The translations under genes and the position numbers were made by a program. Positions 24,492 to 32,000 of a stretch of 32,000 nt of DNA are shown here, piece by piece. The notes below the pieces were generated by a model. The model saw only the letters and a program-made list of their open reading frames with translations. It ran no database searches and was not told the DNA's origin. The DNA comes from an uncultured Nitrosopumilaceae archaeon (GTDB lineage: Archaea > Thermoproteota > Nitrososphaeria > Nitrososphaerales > Nitrosopumilaceae): the NCBI GenBank assembly GCA_964475825.1, contig CAYYXT010000002.1:142790-174789 (forward strand), in the 5' to 3' direction. Positions within the stretch are counted from its first letter, which is position 1. Each line of letters starts with the position of its first letter.

Positions 24492-25447
24492 TTCTTAACT
24501 CCTAACTTAATTTCGGATAGTTTGAAATTCTTTTGTAAATAATTTAAAATAATTTTTTCTTGCTCAATTTCTCGCAATCGATGTTCATATGTAATTTCAG
24601 AACCTAATAATGATTCTGCATTTGATTCCTCAATATGATGGGCTTTTTTCCATATTAAACTAAACAAAGATCTTAAGGTAGTTACAAATGTTTTAGAATC
24701 TGTCCAAATTGCCATCATGTCTTTTAATTCTGAATTACTAATAAAGAAAATAACTTCGCTGTCATCTTTGATTATAAAGCAAAAATCTTCCCTGCTTTTA
24801 TCATCCAACTTTTTAATTTTTTTAGAAGGAACATCTTCAAAAATATACATGCCTTTATTGGAATAATCTGTAAGAATTCTTAGTTCTGATTTTGTTTTTT
24901 TAAGTAGATTTGTAAAATCTGTATGGTAAAACTTTTTAAAATCTAATTCAGTTCCTAACACCAGTATATTTTCTGATGATTCTTTTATCATCTGCTCCAG
25001 TTTTACCAAAATTGAATTTCTTCCTTGCAGTGTTTGGAATCTATTATCCTCCGATTTTTCCTTGTTTCCAACATACTTTGGAATTAATTTCCATAATTTT
25101 ATGATGCTTTCTTTTCCTGTTTCTAATTCGTTGATTCTGTTTTTTTCATTATTTAGTAAAATTCCAATGGACTCATCTATTCCAACTGCGTTAAATTTTG
25201 TTGGTTTGCCAAACACTGAGAAAATAATCCCTTTTTGTTGTAAAGTACTAAGTAAGTGATATGTCTCTGTTCTTGGGATTCTGAGTGATTTTGATATATC
25301 TGAGGCTGTTTTGATGCCTATTTTGCTAAGGTATAGGTACACTTTGGCCTGATTTGGAGTCAGATCATACTTGATAAGTAATCTGTTTAACTCATTTATC
25401 GGATTATCTAATTCAAACATGTTCTCTACAAGAGACTCTATTGTCAT
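24488..25447 (-). CDS. TrmB-family transcriptional regulator
   Basis: 319 aa. The N-terminal wHTH LTPNQAKVYLYLSKIGIKTASDISKSLRIPRTETYHLLSTLQQKGII is typical of TrmB-type regulators. The stop overlaps the start of the receiver gene by 4 nt (ATGA). Confidence 0.8.
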   Translation of the reverse strand: MTIESLVENMFELDNPINELNRLLIKYDLTPNQAKVYLYLSKIGIKTASDISKSLRIPRTETYHLLSTLQQKGIIFSVFGKPTKFNAVGIDESIGILLNNEKNRINELETGKESIIKLWKLIPKYVGNKEKSEDNRFQTLQGRNSILVKLEQMIKESSENILVLGTELDFKKFYHTDFTNLLKKTKSELRILTDYSNKGMYIFEDVPSKKIKKLDDKSREDFCFIIKDDSEVIFFISNSELKDMMAIWTDSKTFVTTLRSLFSLIWKKAHHIEESNAESLLGSEITYEHRLREIEQEKIILNYLQKNFKLSEIKLGVKK

Positions 25448-25540
25448 TAGAAATTGTTACCAAATTTGAAACATAAGAGAATGTATGTTATTACATGTTA
25501 CAGATTCAAATTCAGGCGTGATTGTGACTAATTTTAAGAA

Positions 25541-26233
25541 TTATTTGATAAAGTAACTCAATAAAATATCACCATATAATAATTGCATGATAAATCCACC
25601 TGTAATTAGCAGAAGATATGGTATTCCTGGGGTAATCCATGTGTTGGGCTTTATACAATATTCTTCATTTTCTGCATGATGGACTGTGAGATTTAGCTTC
25701 TTCTTGCCTTTTTCAGTTTTTTCAATGGAGAAACAAAATTTTGGGTTTTTTGCTTTATAGCCAATTAACATGGCACAAATTTTTTTAAATTTGCTTTCTT
25801 CAAACCCTTCAAAAATATTCTCATGTCTTATGATGGCTATTGAATTTCTAAGAATGTTGACAAAAAATGGCATTATAAATAAAATTGCAGCATTGGATAG
25901 TGATGTAAACGGTGTTACGGGGTTTTCAGAAAGCGTAGCCATCGGTGCAATTACTGCTAATGCAATTAATGCAAATGCATCTGCCCCTCCAAATAATCCA
26001 ATCCTCCAAATAAAAATCACAAACGGTGCTATGATTAATGCTATTCCTATATTGAGTAAATATGGTAAGATATCTGAATTTATGAAAATTAATAAAAATC
26101 CAACACTTCCAAATCCAATCCAGTAATAATCGTGAATTTCTCTTTTCCAAATATCTATTATGGATCCTATTATCAACATGGTGAGGGCTAACCCAATTCC
26201 AATTATGTTGTAATTCAATAACGATTCAATCAA
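25541..26233 (-). CDS. A24-family prepilin/preflagellin (class III signal) peptidase, PibD/FlaK-like
   Basis: 230 aa polytopic membrane protein. The first Asp context is IDIWKREIHD and the second Asp lies in GLFGGADAFALIAL (GxGD-like). Confidence 0.8.
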   Translation of the reverse strand: MIESLLNYNIIGIGLALTMLIIGSIIDIWKREIHDYYWIGFGSVGFLLIFINSDILPYLLNIGIALIIAPFVIFIWRIGLFGGADAFALIALAVIAPMATLSENPVTPFTSLSNAAILFIMPFFVNILRNSIAIIRHENIFEGFEESKFKKICAMLIGYKAKNPKFCFSIEKTEKGKKKLNLTVHHAENEEYCIKPNTWITPGIPYLLLITGGFIMQLLYGDILLSYFIK

Positions 26234-26328
26234 ATTGTATTCCCTCCATTTTTGAATATTTTACCTTCTTCTATATTTTTTGATAAAATAGTATCTTGGT
26301 GTATCATATCTTTAAAATTAGTTTGCGA

Positions 26329-28917
26329 TTAACGATTTCTTATGTTTGAGATCTTTTCTTTGATTTCTTCGAATTTTTCTCCAATGTTTAGTTTGTCTGC
26401 AATGCCTAGTTTTTCAGTGATTGCGTCTAATCTTTCAGTACGCTTCAAAACAAATAATGCAACTCCGATTATTATTGGGATTATGATGTAGATCATATTT
26501 GAACTATTAATAATAAATCCTTGTTCTAGTCCTACAGGTGTTTCAACTATTGGCATGTTTAGTATTTGTGCAGTTTTTGAAATGGTTGATGAACTAAGAC
26601 CATTACCTGAAACTGTTGCCGAAACAATTACTGTATCCTTGTCATTGGCAAGAATACTCATTATTGCGATTCCCTCGCTATTTGTGGCCTCATCCATGGC
26701 TAATACTTCTCCGCCCTCTGCAACCCACTCTACGTTAAATCCGTCTAATGATGTTTCTATTTCTGGAATTGTAACTGATAGTTTTGCTTCAATTCTCTCA
26801 TTCCAATTCAGACCTCCAAGTAAATCTAGCGATATGACGGGACTGACATCTACTATGTTAATATCGTATTTTGATAAAGGCATATCTTCAGATAATAATG
26901 CAAGTTCTATTCCCCCCTCGTTTTGAGATTCTAGTTTGAATGTATTAAAATATTCTCCTTTTTTTATTGTTACTTCCTCTGGAATTTTTAAAACAGATTC
27001 ATCATTTGAAATTATTTTTATCAAAATATCTTTTTTTGCATACACTGGGTTTCCTACAGAATCCAACAGTTGAATCGTAGCTAAACTTTCAGTATTTGCT
27101 AAAAGATTTTTTGCAAATGACAAATGCATCTCTGCAGGATTTGTAGTATGGCTAATCATTACCATACTTCCTTCAAATTGACCTGCCTGAAAAGACAGTT
27201 CGGCATTTCCCACTTTGTTTGTTAATAAATTCAATAATACGTATGGCTGATTCTTTTTAATTATTTCAGGTTCAGCATCCACAAAATCATTTGCTGATAA
27301 AGTTAAAACAGAGTCTTCAATGAATGGCGTTATTCCAATTCTTCCATCCTCGTCTGTATCTCCCTCCTCAGTTGTCGTAGTGGTTTCCCCACCCCCTCCA
27401 GATTCTGACAAGTATGCTATGACTGGAAACTCACTTCCTGCTAAAATCATTGACACTAATGGTTCTGCTGTTAACCTGATATCGTCTTTTATTGGTCCTA
27501 CTGGGGCACCTGTTACTGTTTTTACCCCTTCATTATCTGTAATGTAAAATTCTACAGAATCATCTGGACCAACAGTTCCAGTATTTCCAAAAACTATTGC
27601 AACGTTTTCTCCTTTTTTCATAATTGGATTAATTGGATTAACGGTATCTGATTCTGATGATGCAAAATTAATCTCATAATCTTGTTTGGCAGTAACTGGA
27701 ACTGTAACAGTAACAAGTTCTCTATCTGATGTACCTGATGTACTGCTTCCTGTTTGTCTTGAAATTTCAATGTCTGTCTCAAAATAAGTTACAGCTATGA
27801 TCTCTTTCTCACCTGTAGTTAAAAATGGAAGCACTGTTGTAATTGACGGTCCTTCACCTTCCAAAGCACCCATTTCATCATGAGATACAGTAATTGAATC
27901 TCCATTTGTAAGATAGTTACTAGTTGAAATAAACATGTTAAATGTTTGTTCGGTATTCGTGGTAAATTCTCCCAGATTTGGTCTAGGGGTGAATGTTGTA
28001 TATGCTGAATACGTTCCTTTTTTAATTATTAGTTCTTTGTTGCTAAATTGAATTTCTTCAAAGTCATGACTTGTGTTAACTGATACATCTGGATTTTCTA
28101 CTCCTAATTTCATATGGATATCTTCTTCTGCTTTAACAGGAGAACCTTCACCGTCAAGCAGTTCTACTATTGCATATCCTGTGGAACCACTGTAACTACT
28201 ATATTGTTCTGGAATGACAAACAATTGAACTTGTAACGGCTCTGTGGGTTTACGTATGTGAACAAACTCACTGACTTTTTTCATATTTTCAGCGCTTGCA
28301 AAAATAATTGCATCGCCTGAATTTACCAAATCAAATTCCGTTGTGGCAAAATACTCTCCTTTTTTAATTAGCAGTTCTTGATTTTTTAGACTAATCGTAT
28401 CTTTATTTGGAGTTTCTATCTGTATTGTAATGTCTTCTAGTGCAATCGTTGGTAATCCTCCAGTAGTTGCTAATTCAACAGTTACATATCCAAATCTTGG
28501 TCCATCTATTGGAAAATCATCTGGTGTGACTTTCATTAGAATTTGAGTAGGGTAATTATTGTTATTGAAAACTTCTAGAGTGATTTCTTTTGATGAAAAT
28601 CCATGTGCCGCCAATGCAATATTGGCAATTCCGGGTTTTATTGCCTTGATTTGTACATTCTTTGTATACCCATTGTTGTTTTCTTGAATGTCAATTACCT
28701 GTATAATTGAATTATCCGAGCTTATCACTTTGAGATTATTTATTGATCTTGGTACCATCATTTCATTTGAAGTAACAAAAATCTGTAATGTTCCTACTGT
28801 ATTTTCTAATAATTTCTCAGGATGCAATTGATACCCAAACTCTGCTGCTGTTTGAGCATTAACAGGCATAACAAACATACTGCAAATCACTACTAGTAAC
28901 AAAAAAATGGCTTTCAA
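26329..28917 (-). CDS. Large cell-surface protein built from repeated Ig-like/beta-sandwich modules, with a C-terminal TM anchor
   Basis: 862 aa. After an N-terminal hydrophobic signal come at least 5 modules, each marked by (I/M)KK(G/N) at residues ~184, ~298, ~433, ~553 and ~651. A Gly/Thr/acidic linker SESGGGGETTTTTEEGDTDEDG spans residues 504-525. A TM helix at ~808-824 is followed by a charged 38-aa tail. Confidence 0.8.
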   Translation of the reverse strand: MKAIFLLLVVICSMFVMPVNAQTAAEFGYQLHPEKLLENTVGTLQIFVTSNEMMVPRSINNLKVISSDNSIIQVIDIQENNNGYTKNVQIKAIKPGIANIALAAHGFSSKEITLEVFNNNNYPTQILMKVTPDDFPIDGPRFGYVTVELATTGGLPTIALEDITIQIETPNKDTISLKNQELLIKKGEYFATTEFDLVNSGDAIIFASAENMKKVSEFVHIRKPTEPLQVQLFVIPEQYSSYSGSTGYAIVELLDGEGSPVKAEEDIHMKLGVENPDVSVNTSHDFEEIQFSNKELIIKKGTYSAYTTFTPRPNLGEFTTNTEQTFNMFISTSNYLTNGDSITVSHDEMGALEGEGPSITTVLPFLTTGEKEIIAVTYFETDIEISRQTGSSTSGTSDRELVTVTVPVTAKQDYEINFASSESDTVNPINPIMKKGENVAIVFGNTGTVGPDDSVEFYITDNEGVKTVTGAPVGPIKDDIRLTAEPLVSMILAGSEFPVIAYLSESGGGGETTTTTEEGDTDEDGRIGITPFIEDSVLTLSANDFVDAEPEIIKKNQPYVLLNLLTNKVGNAELSFQAGQFEGSMVMISHTTNPAEMHLSFAKNLLANTESLATIQLLDSVGNPVYAKKDILIKIISNDESVLKIPEEVTIKKGEYFNTFKLESQNEGGIELALLSEDMPLSKYDINIVDVSPVISLDLLGGLNWNERIEAKLSVTIPEIETSLDGFNVEWVAEGGEVLAMDEATNSEGIAIMSILANDKDTVIVSATVSGNGLSSSTISKTAQILNMPIVETPVGLEQGFIINSSNMIYIIIPIIIGVALFVLKRTERLDAITEKLGIADKLNIGEKFEEIKEKISNIRNR

Positions 28918-28982
28918 TATATGGAAAATTGATATATTTTTGTTATATCAAACAGTGTGAAACATTACAATACATACTGTTT

Positions 28983-30431
28983 CTAACCAAATATCGAAGA
29001 AACACTGAATATTTTTGATTGGATTACCATTATTGCACCTATTGATATTATTACTAGGATTATGGAGTACCTGAATCCTGCTGAATATGACCCGGTGGTG
29101 ATTTTACCTAAAAACAGTCCAGATAGCCAAGATTGTACCAAAATCGCTATGCCTAATAACTCAAAACGAGAGTTTGATTCAAATTGTAATGTGCTTTTCT
29201 TTGCAGCATCTGTTTCTAACTCTGTTCCTAAACTCGTAAGTGAATCAATTACCAATAACGTTGTAAAACTTGTAATTCCTATGAGCATAAACCCTACCAA
29301 TACATATGGTTTTAACATCTCTCTCTTTGATTTTTCAATATTTCGAATTTTTTCTGAAATTCCCGCCAATGTATCCAAAGTGTTAACATTGCCTCCCCCT
29401 GATGAAATTATCTCAAATAAAACCCTGAAATTAATTAAAATTTGAAAGTCTGTTGTTTCTTTTTTAATAAATTTGAAAATATCCTCTAGTGTCATACCCC
29501 ATTCTAGCTTATTTGAAATTCCATTTGCTACTTTGTTAAATGATCCAAAGTCTTTTCTTTTTGTTGCTTTGATCACACATTTTTCAGGCCCCAGTCCTGC
29601 TTTTCTTGCTTCTGCAACATCTCTGAGAATTATAGATGATGCAGCTTCAGCATCAAGGGAAAATTTGTATTTGTTTTGGAATTTTAGTGCAGGCCATAAC
29701 GCAGACACAATTAACGATCCTCCTAAAATATACAAACTGTAATCGGGCATTAATTTTAGAAAAATTATTATTGTAGCTACAATAATTCCTGGAATTCCAA
29801 ACATTATGATTTTTTTCAAATTCATTTCTTCTACCTTTGATTTGTTTACTGATTTTGCAAGAAACAAAAATAATCCTGAAACTAATGGAGGCATGATAAT
29901 TACCGCGTAAAGAGGATCAATGTCGGTTGCTAACGGTGGTGTACCTACGCCCCCGGTAGTAGTTGCAGTAATTATGATGTATACTGCTAAAATAACAATT
30001 TGCATTGTCATGTATGTGTCTACAAGTGCTTTGACTTTCTCAACTAGTCCTTGTTGAGCACTTTCATAAAGATCAAAAGCGCTATTCATTTTTGTTTTAA
30101 GATAATTTACTACATCCCCCCCACTTTGAATCGCTGATACATAACCACTAAGAAACTCTCCAAAATTGGACAGCCCTTTATCTTTTACCTCTGTCATAAC
30201 AGTTAATGGATCCATGCCTAACATGTCAATTTTTTTTAAAATTTTCATAGCTTCTTTTCTGACATTTGGTAAAAGTTCCATGTCTTTGATTTTCATAAAA
30301 ATTGAATAGGGCCCAAATCCACTTGTTGCAAGCAACGTAACTATTGTAATAAAAAAAGGCAGTTCTGAATCTATTTTCTTATCTGTTTTTTTTTGCTTGT
30401 CTTTTTGCCCACTGTTTTTTAAAAAAGACAT
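28983..30431 (-). CDS. FlaJ/PilC/TadC-like polytopic platform protein of an archaeal type IV pilus-like system
   Basis: 482 aa. Cytoplasmic helical domains alternate with clusters of TM helices. The gene starts with no gap after the secretion ATPase gene, the arrangement typical of FlaI-FlaJ pairs. Confidence 0.8.
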   Translation of the reverse strand: MSFLKNSGQKDKQKKTDKKIDSELPFFITIVTLLATSGFGPYSIFMKIKDMELLPNVRKEAMKILKKIDMLGMDPLTVMTEVKDKGLSNFGEFLSGYVSAIQSGGDVVNYLKTKMNSAFDLYESAQQGLVEKVKALVDTYMTMQIVILAVYIIITATTTGGVGTPPLATDIDPLYAVIIMPPLVSGLFLFLAKSVNKSKVEEMNLKKIIMFGIPGIIVATIIIFLKLMPDYSLYILGGSLIVSALWPALKFQNKYKFSLDAEAASSIILRDVAEARKAGLGPEKCVIKATKRKDFGSFNKVANGISNKLEWGMTLEDIFKFIKKETTDFQILINFRVLFEIISSGGGNVNTLDTLAGISEKIRNIEKSKREMLKPYVLVGFMLIGITSFTTLLVIDSLTSLGTELETDAAKKSTLQFESNSRFELLGIAILVQSWLSGLFLGKITTGSYSAGFRYSIILVIISIGAIMVIQSKIFSVSSIFG

Positions 30432-31967
30432 TTATCCACCATATTCGATTTTTTTCAGTAGTGTTTCTGGGTCTCTATAGTATTTTCCAATATTCTCTGC
30501 TACTTTAGCATAACTTCTAATTCCACGTTGTAGCAACCATTTTAAAACAATCTTTCTTTTTTCATATTCATCAAATATCTGCTCCATGTCTCTTCCTGTC
30601 TGTTCTGCAATTCTATGTAACATTACACTGTCTTCTAACTGCGCATTAAAGTAATCTGATTTTGGATCCCATTTGAATGCTGAATGATATGAATCTGCAG
30701 TGTTAATCTCCTGAACAGAGATTGCTTTTCTAGTACTTTTTCCATCTTGCCCTTTTACTCTTCTAATTATTATGGCACAATTCATTAATGATAGGTATGA
30801 TGGTGGAATATCCATTGGTTTTTGTTGTAATCTTTTACCTGCAGATTCTAAACTATCTGCGTGCATTGTACAAAGACCGCCGTGTCCTGTTGCCATAGCT
30901 TGAAACATGACATATGCTTCTGAGCCTCTAATTTCTCCTACTACGATATAATCCGGTCTGTGTCTTACACCTGATTTTATGAGATCATATAACCCAATTT
31001 CTCCTTCACCACTTGGGCCAAATCCTGTTCTGGCAACTAGACTGAACCAGTTTTCGTGTTTGATGTTAATTTCTGCTACATCTTCAACAGAAAATATCTT
31101 GTAATCAGGATTGATTAATCCTGTTATTGCATTTAGGATGGTAGTTTTTCCACTACCTGTAGAGCCAATAACCATAATTGACATTTTTGCCTCCATTAGC
31201 ATCCACAAGTATGCTGCAACATCTACACTAATAGTTCCAAACGATATTAAATCAACAACAGAGTATGGATCTTGTTTGAATTTTCTTATTGTAAAACTTG
31301 TTCCCTTTGGAGTAACTTCTTTTTGGTATAGTACGGAGATTCTGTGATTTCCCTCCAATGCCAAATCTGAAATAGGATATGCAGAACTGATATGTTTTCC
31401 TGCTCTGAATACTATCCTCGATACAAATGAATTGAGTTTTTTATCTTCAAATTTTATGTTACATGGAATACTATCGTATTTTCTATGCCATACATAAATT
31501 GGGGCCTCTATGCCACTACAACTTACATCTTCTATGTTTGGGTCATGCATAAGTGAGTCGATTAATCCAAAACCTGCAATATCTCGCTCTAGATAATATT
31601 TTACCTTCTCCATACTTGCAAGTGGATAGTCTTGAAATAACTTTTCATTATCTTTGAGAATTTTATTTACAAACGACATAAATCCAAAATCTTTTTCAAT
31701 GTTTTCTGGAGAATCTAGATTTTCTTCTATTAATTTGTATAGTTGATTGTAAATAACTTGTTCTGATTGATTGAGTTTTGTTTCATCTACTTGATATGAA
31801 ATGCTTCCATTTTCTTGATCTTGTAAAATATTTGCATAACTAAATGGTGCTTTTAATGGATAATTTTCAATTACAGTTGATCCTTTTTGTGTTTGATTTT
31901 GAAGTTCACCTAAAAAATCACTTTTAAGAAAATTTTCCAATCCCTGATCTTCGTTTTTCTTTCCCAT
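30432..31967 (-). CDS. FlaI/PilB/VirB11-type secretion ATPase of an archaeal type IV pilus-like system
   Basis: 511 aa with Walker A (VIGSTGSGKTT), Walker B region (DYIVVGEIRGSEA) and a His-box region (GHGGLCTMHA). Confidence 0.95.
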   Translation of the reverse strand: MGKKNEDQGLENFLKSDFLGELQNQTQKGSTVIENYPLKAPFSYANILQDQENGSISYQVDETKLNQSEQVIYNQLYKLIEENLDSPENIEKDFGFMSFVNKILKDNEKLFQDYPLASMEKVKYYLERDIAGFGLIDSLMHDPNIEDVSCSGIEAPIYVWHRKYDSIPCNIKFEDKKLNSFVSRIVFRAGKHISSAYPISDLALEGNHRISVLYQKEVTPKGTSFTIRKFKQDPYSVVDLISFGTISVDVAAYLWMLMEAKMSIMVIGSTGSGKTTILNAITGLINPDYKIFSVEDVAEINIKHENWFSLVARTGFGPSGEGEIGLYDLIKSGVRHRPDYIVVGEIRGSEAYVMFQAMATGHGGLCTMHADSLESAGKRLQQKPMDIPPSYLSLMNCAIIIRRVKGQDGKSTRKAISVQEINTADSYHSAFKWDPKSDYFNAQLEDSVMLHRIAEQTGRDMEQIFDEYEKRKIVLKWLLQRGIRSYAKVAENIGKYYRDPETLLKKIEYGG

Positions 31968-32000
31968 TTTTTTACCTCAAAAAGATATTTTTGGATAAGT

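Noticed and set aside
25770-26126. 118-aa plus-strand ORF inside the A24 peptidase gene (also 25926..26150 on the minus strand)
   Set aside because: These are antisense or alternative frames of a polytopic membrane protein gene whose catalytic Asp motifs support the annotated frame.
26555-29742. Plus-strand ORFs 26555..26926, 27320..27547, 29062..29445 and 29473..29742
   Set aside because: All are antisense to the 862-aa surface protein or the FlaJ-like gene. Their Ser/Pro/Val-rich low-complexity translations mirror the coding strand.
1-32000. Search for rRNA, tRNA, CRISPR arrays and long tandem repeats
   Set aside because: No GC-rich structured islands, cloverleaf-like segments or regularly spaced direct repeats were seen in any intergenic region. 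The only repeats found are the short gene-relic duplications reported above.

Overview
This is a visibly AT-rich, tightly packed archaeal chromosomal segment. I could run no database search, so all family calls rest on motifs read by eye.

The gene content points to an ammonia-oxidising thaumarchaeon of the Nitrosopumilus type. Supporting signs are aRF1 with NIKS and GGQ motifs, PurP, an archaeal-type AspRS plus GatCAB, FlaI/FlaJ-type pilus machinery, PEFG-type C-terminal sorting signals, and TTTAAATA boxes 25-31 nt upstream of start codons.

Left to right the window holds:
- a frameshifted integrase at the window edge, then HIT, aRF1, a DsbA-like protein, a winged-helix protein and an orphan response regulator;
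- cbtB-cbtA followed by two tandem ArsR-like regulators;
- an iron module: a PEFG-anchored helical protein divergent from an FTR1 permease that carries a paralogous N-terminal ectodomain, a translationally coupled hydantoinase-like gene, and a second PEF-type sorted protein;
- purP;
- an aspS / spermidine-synthase-like / DsbA-like block flanked by two unusually long non-coding stretches, then gatCAB;
- a 9-kb co-directional minus-strand cluster: secretion ATPase, FlaJ/PilC-like platform, an 862-aa Ig-repeat surface protein, an A24 prepilin peptidase, and a TrmB-like regulator, receiver-only response regulator and histidine kinase.

No rRNA, tRNA or CRISPR array was seen.

The most notable observations are:
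1. The pilus-like cluster has no small pilin gene. It carries a giant surface protein and its own TrmB/CheY/HK signalling cassette.
2. The FTR1 ectodomain has a free, PEFG-anchored paralog.
3. Three gene relics bracket the aspS-gatCAB region: an aspS 3' end directly upstream of gatC, a duplicated dsbA-like 5' end, and a decayed acyl-CoA synthetase C-terminus after gatB.
4. There are unannotated zinc-ribbon-like micro-ORFs in the long intergenic gaps.
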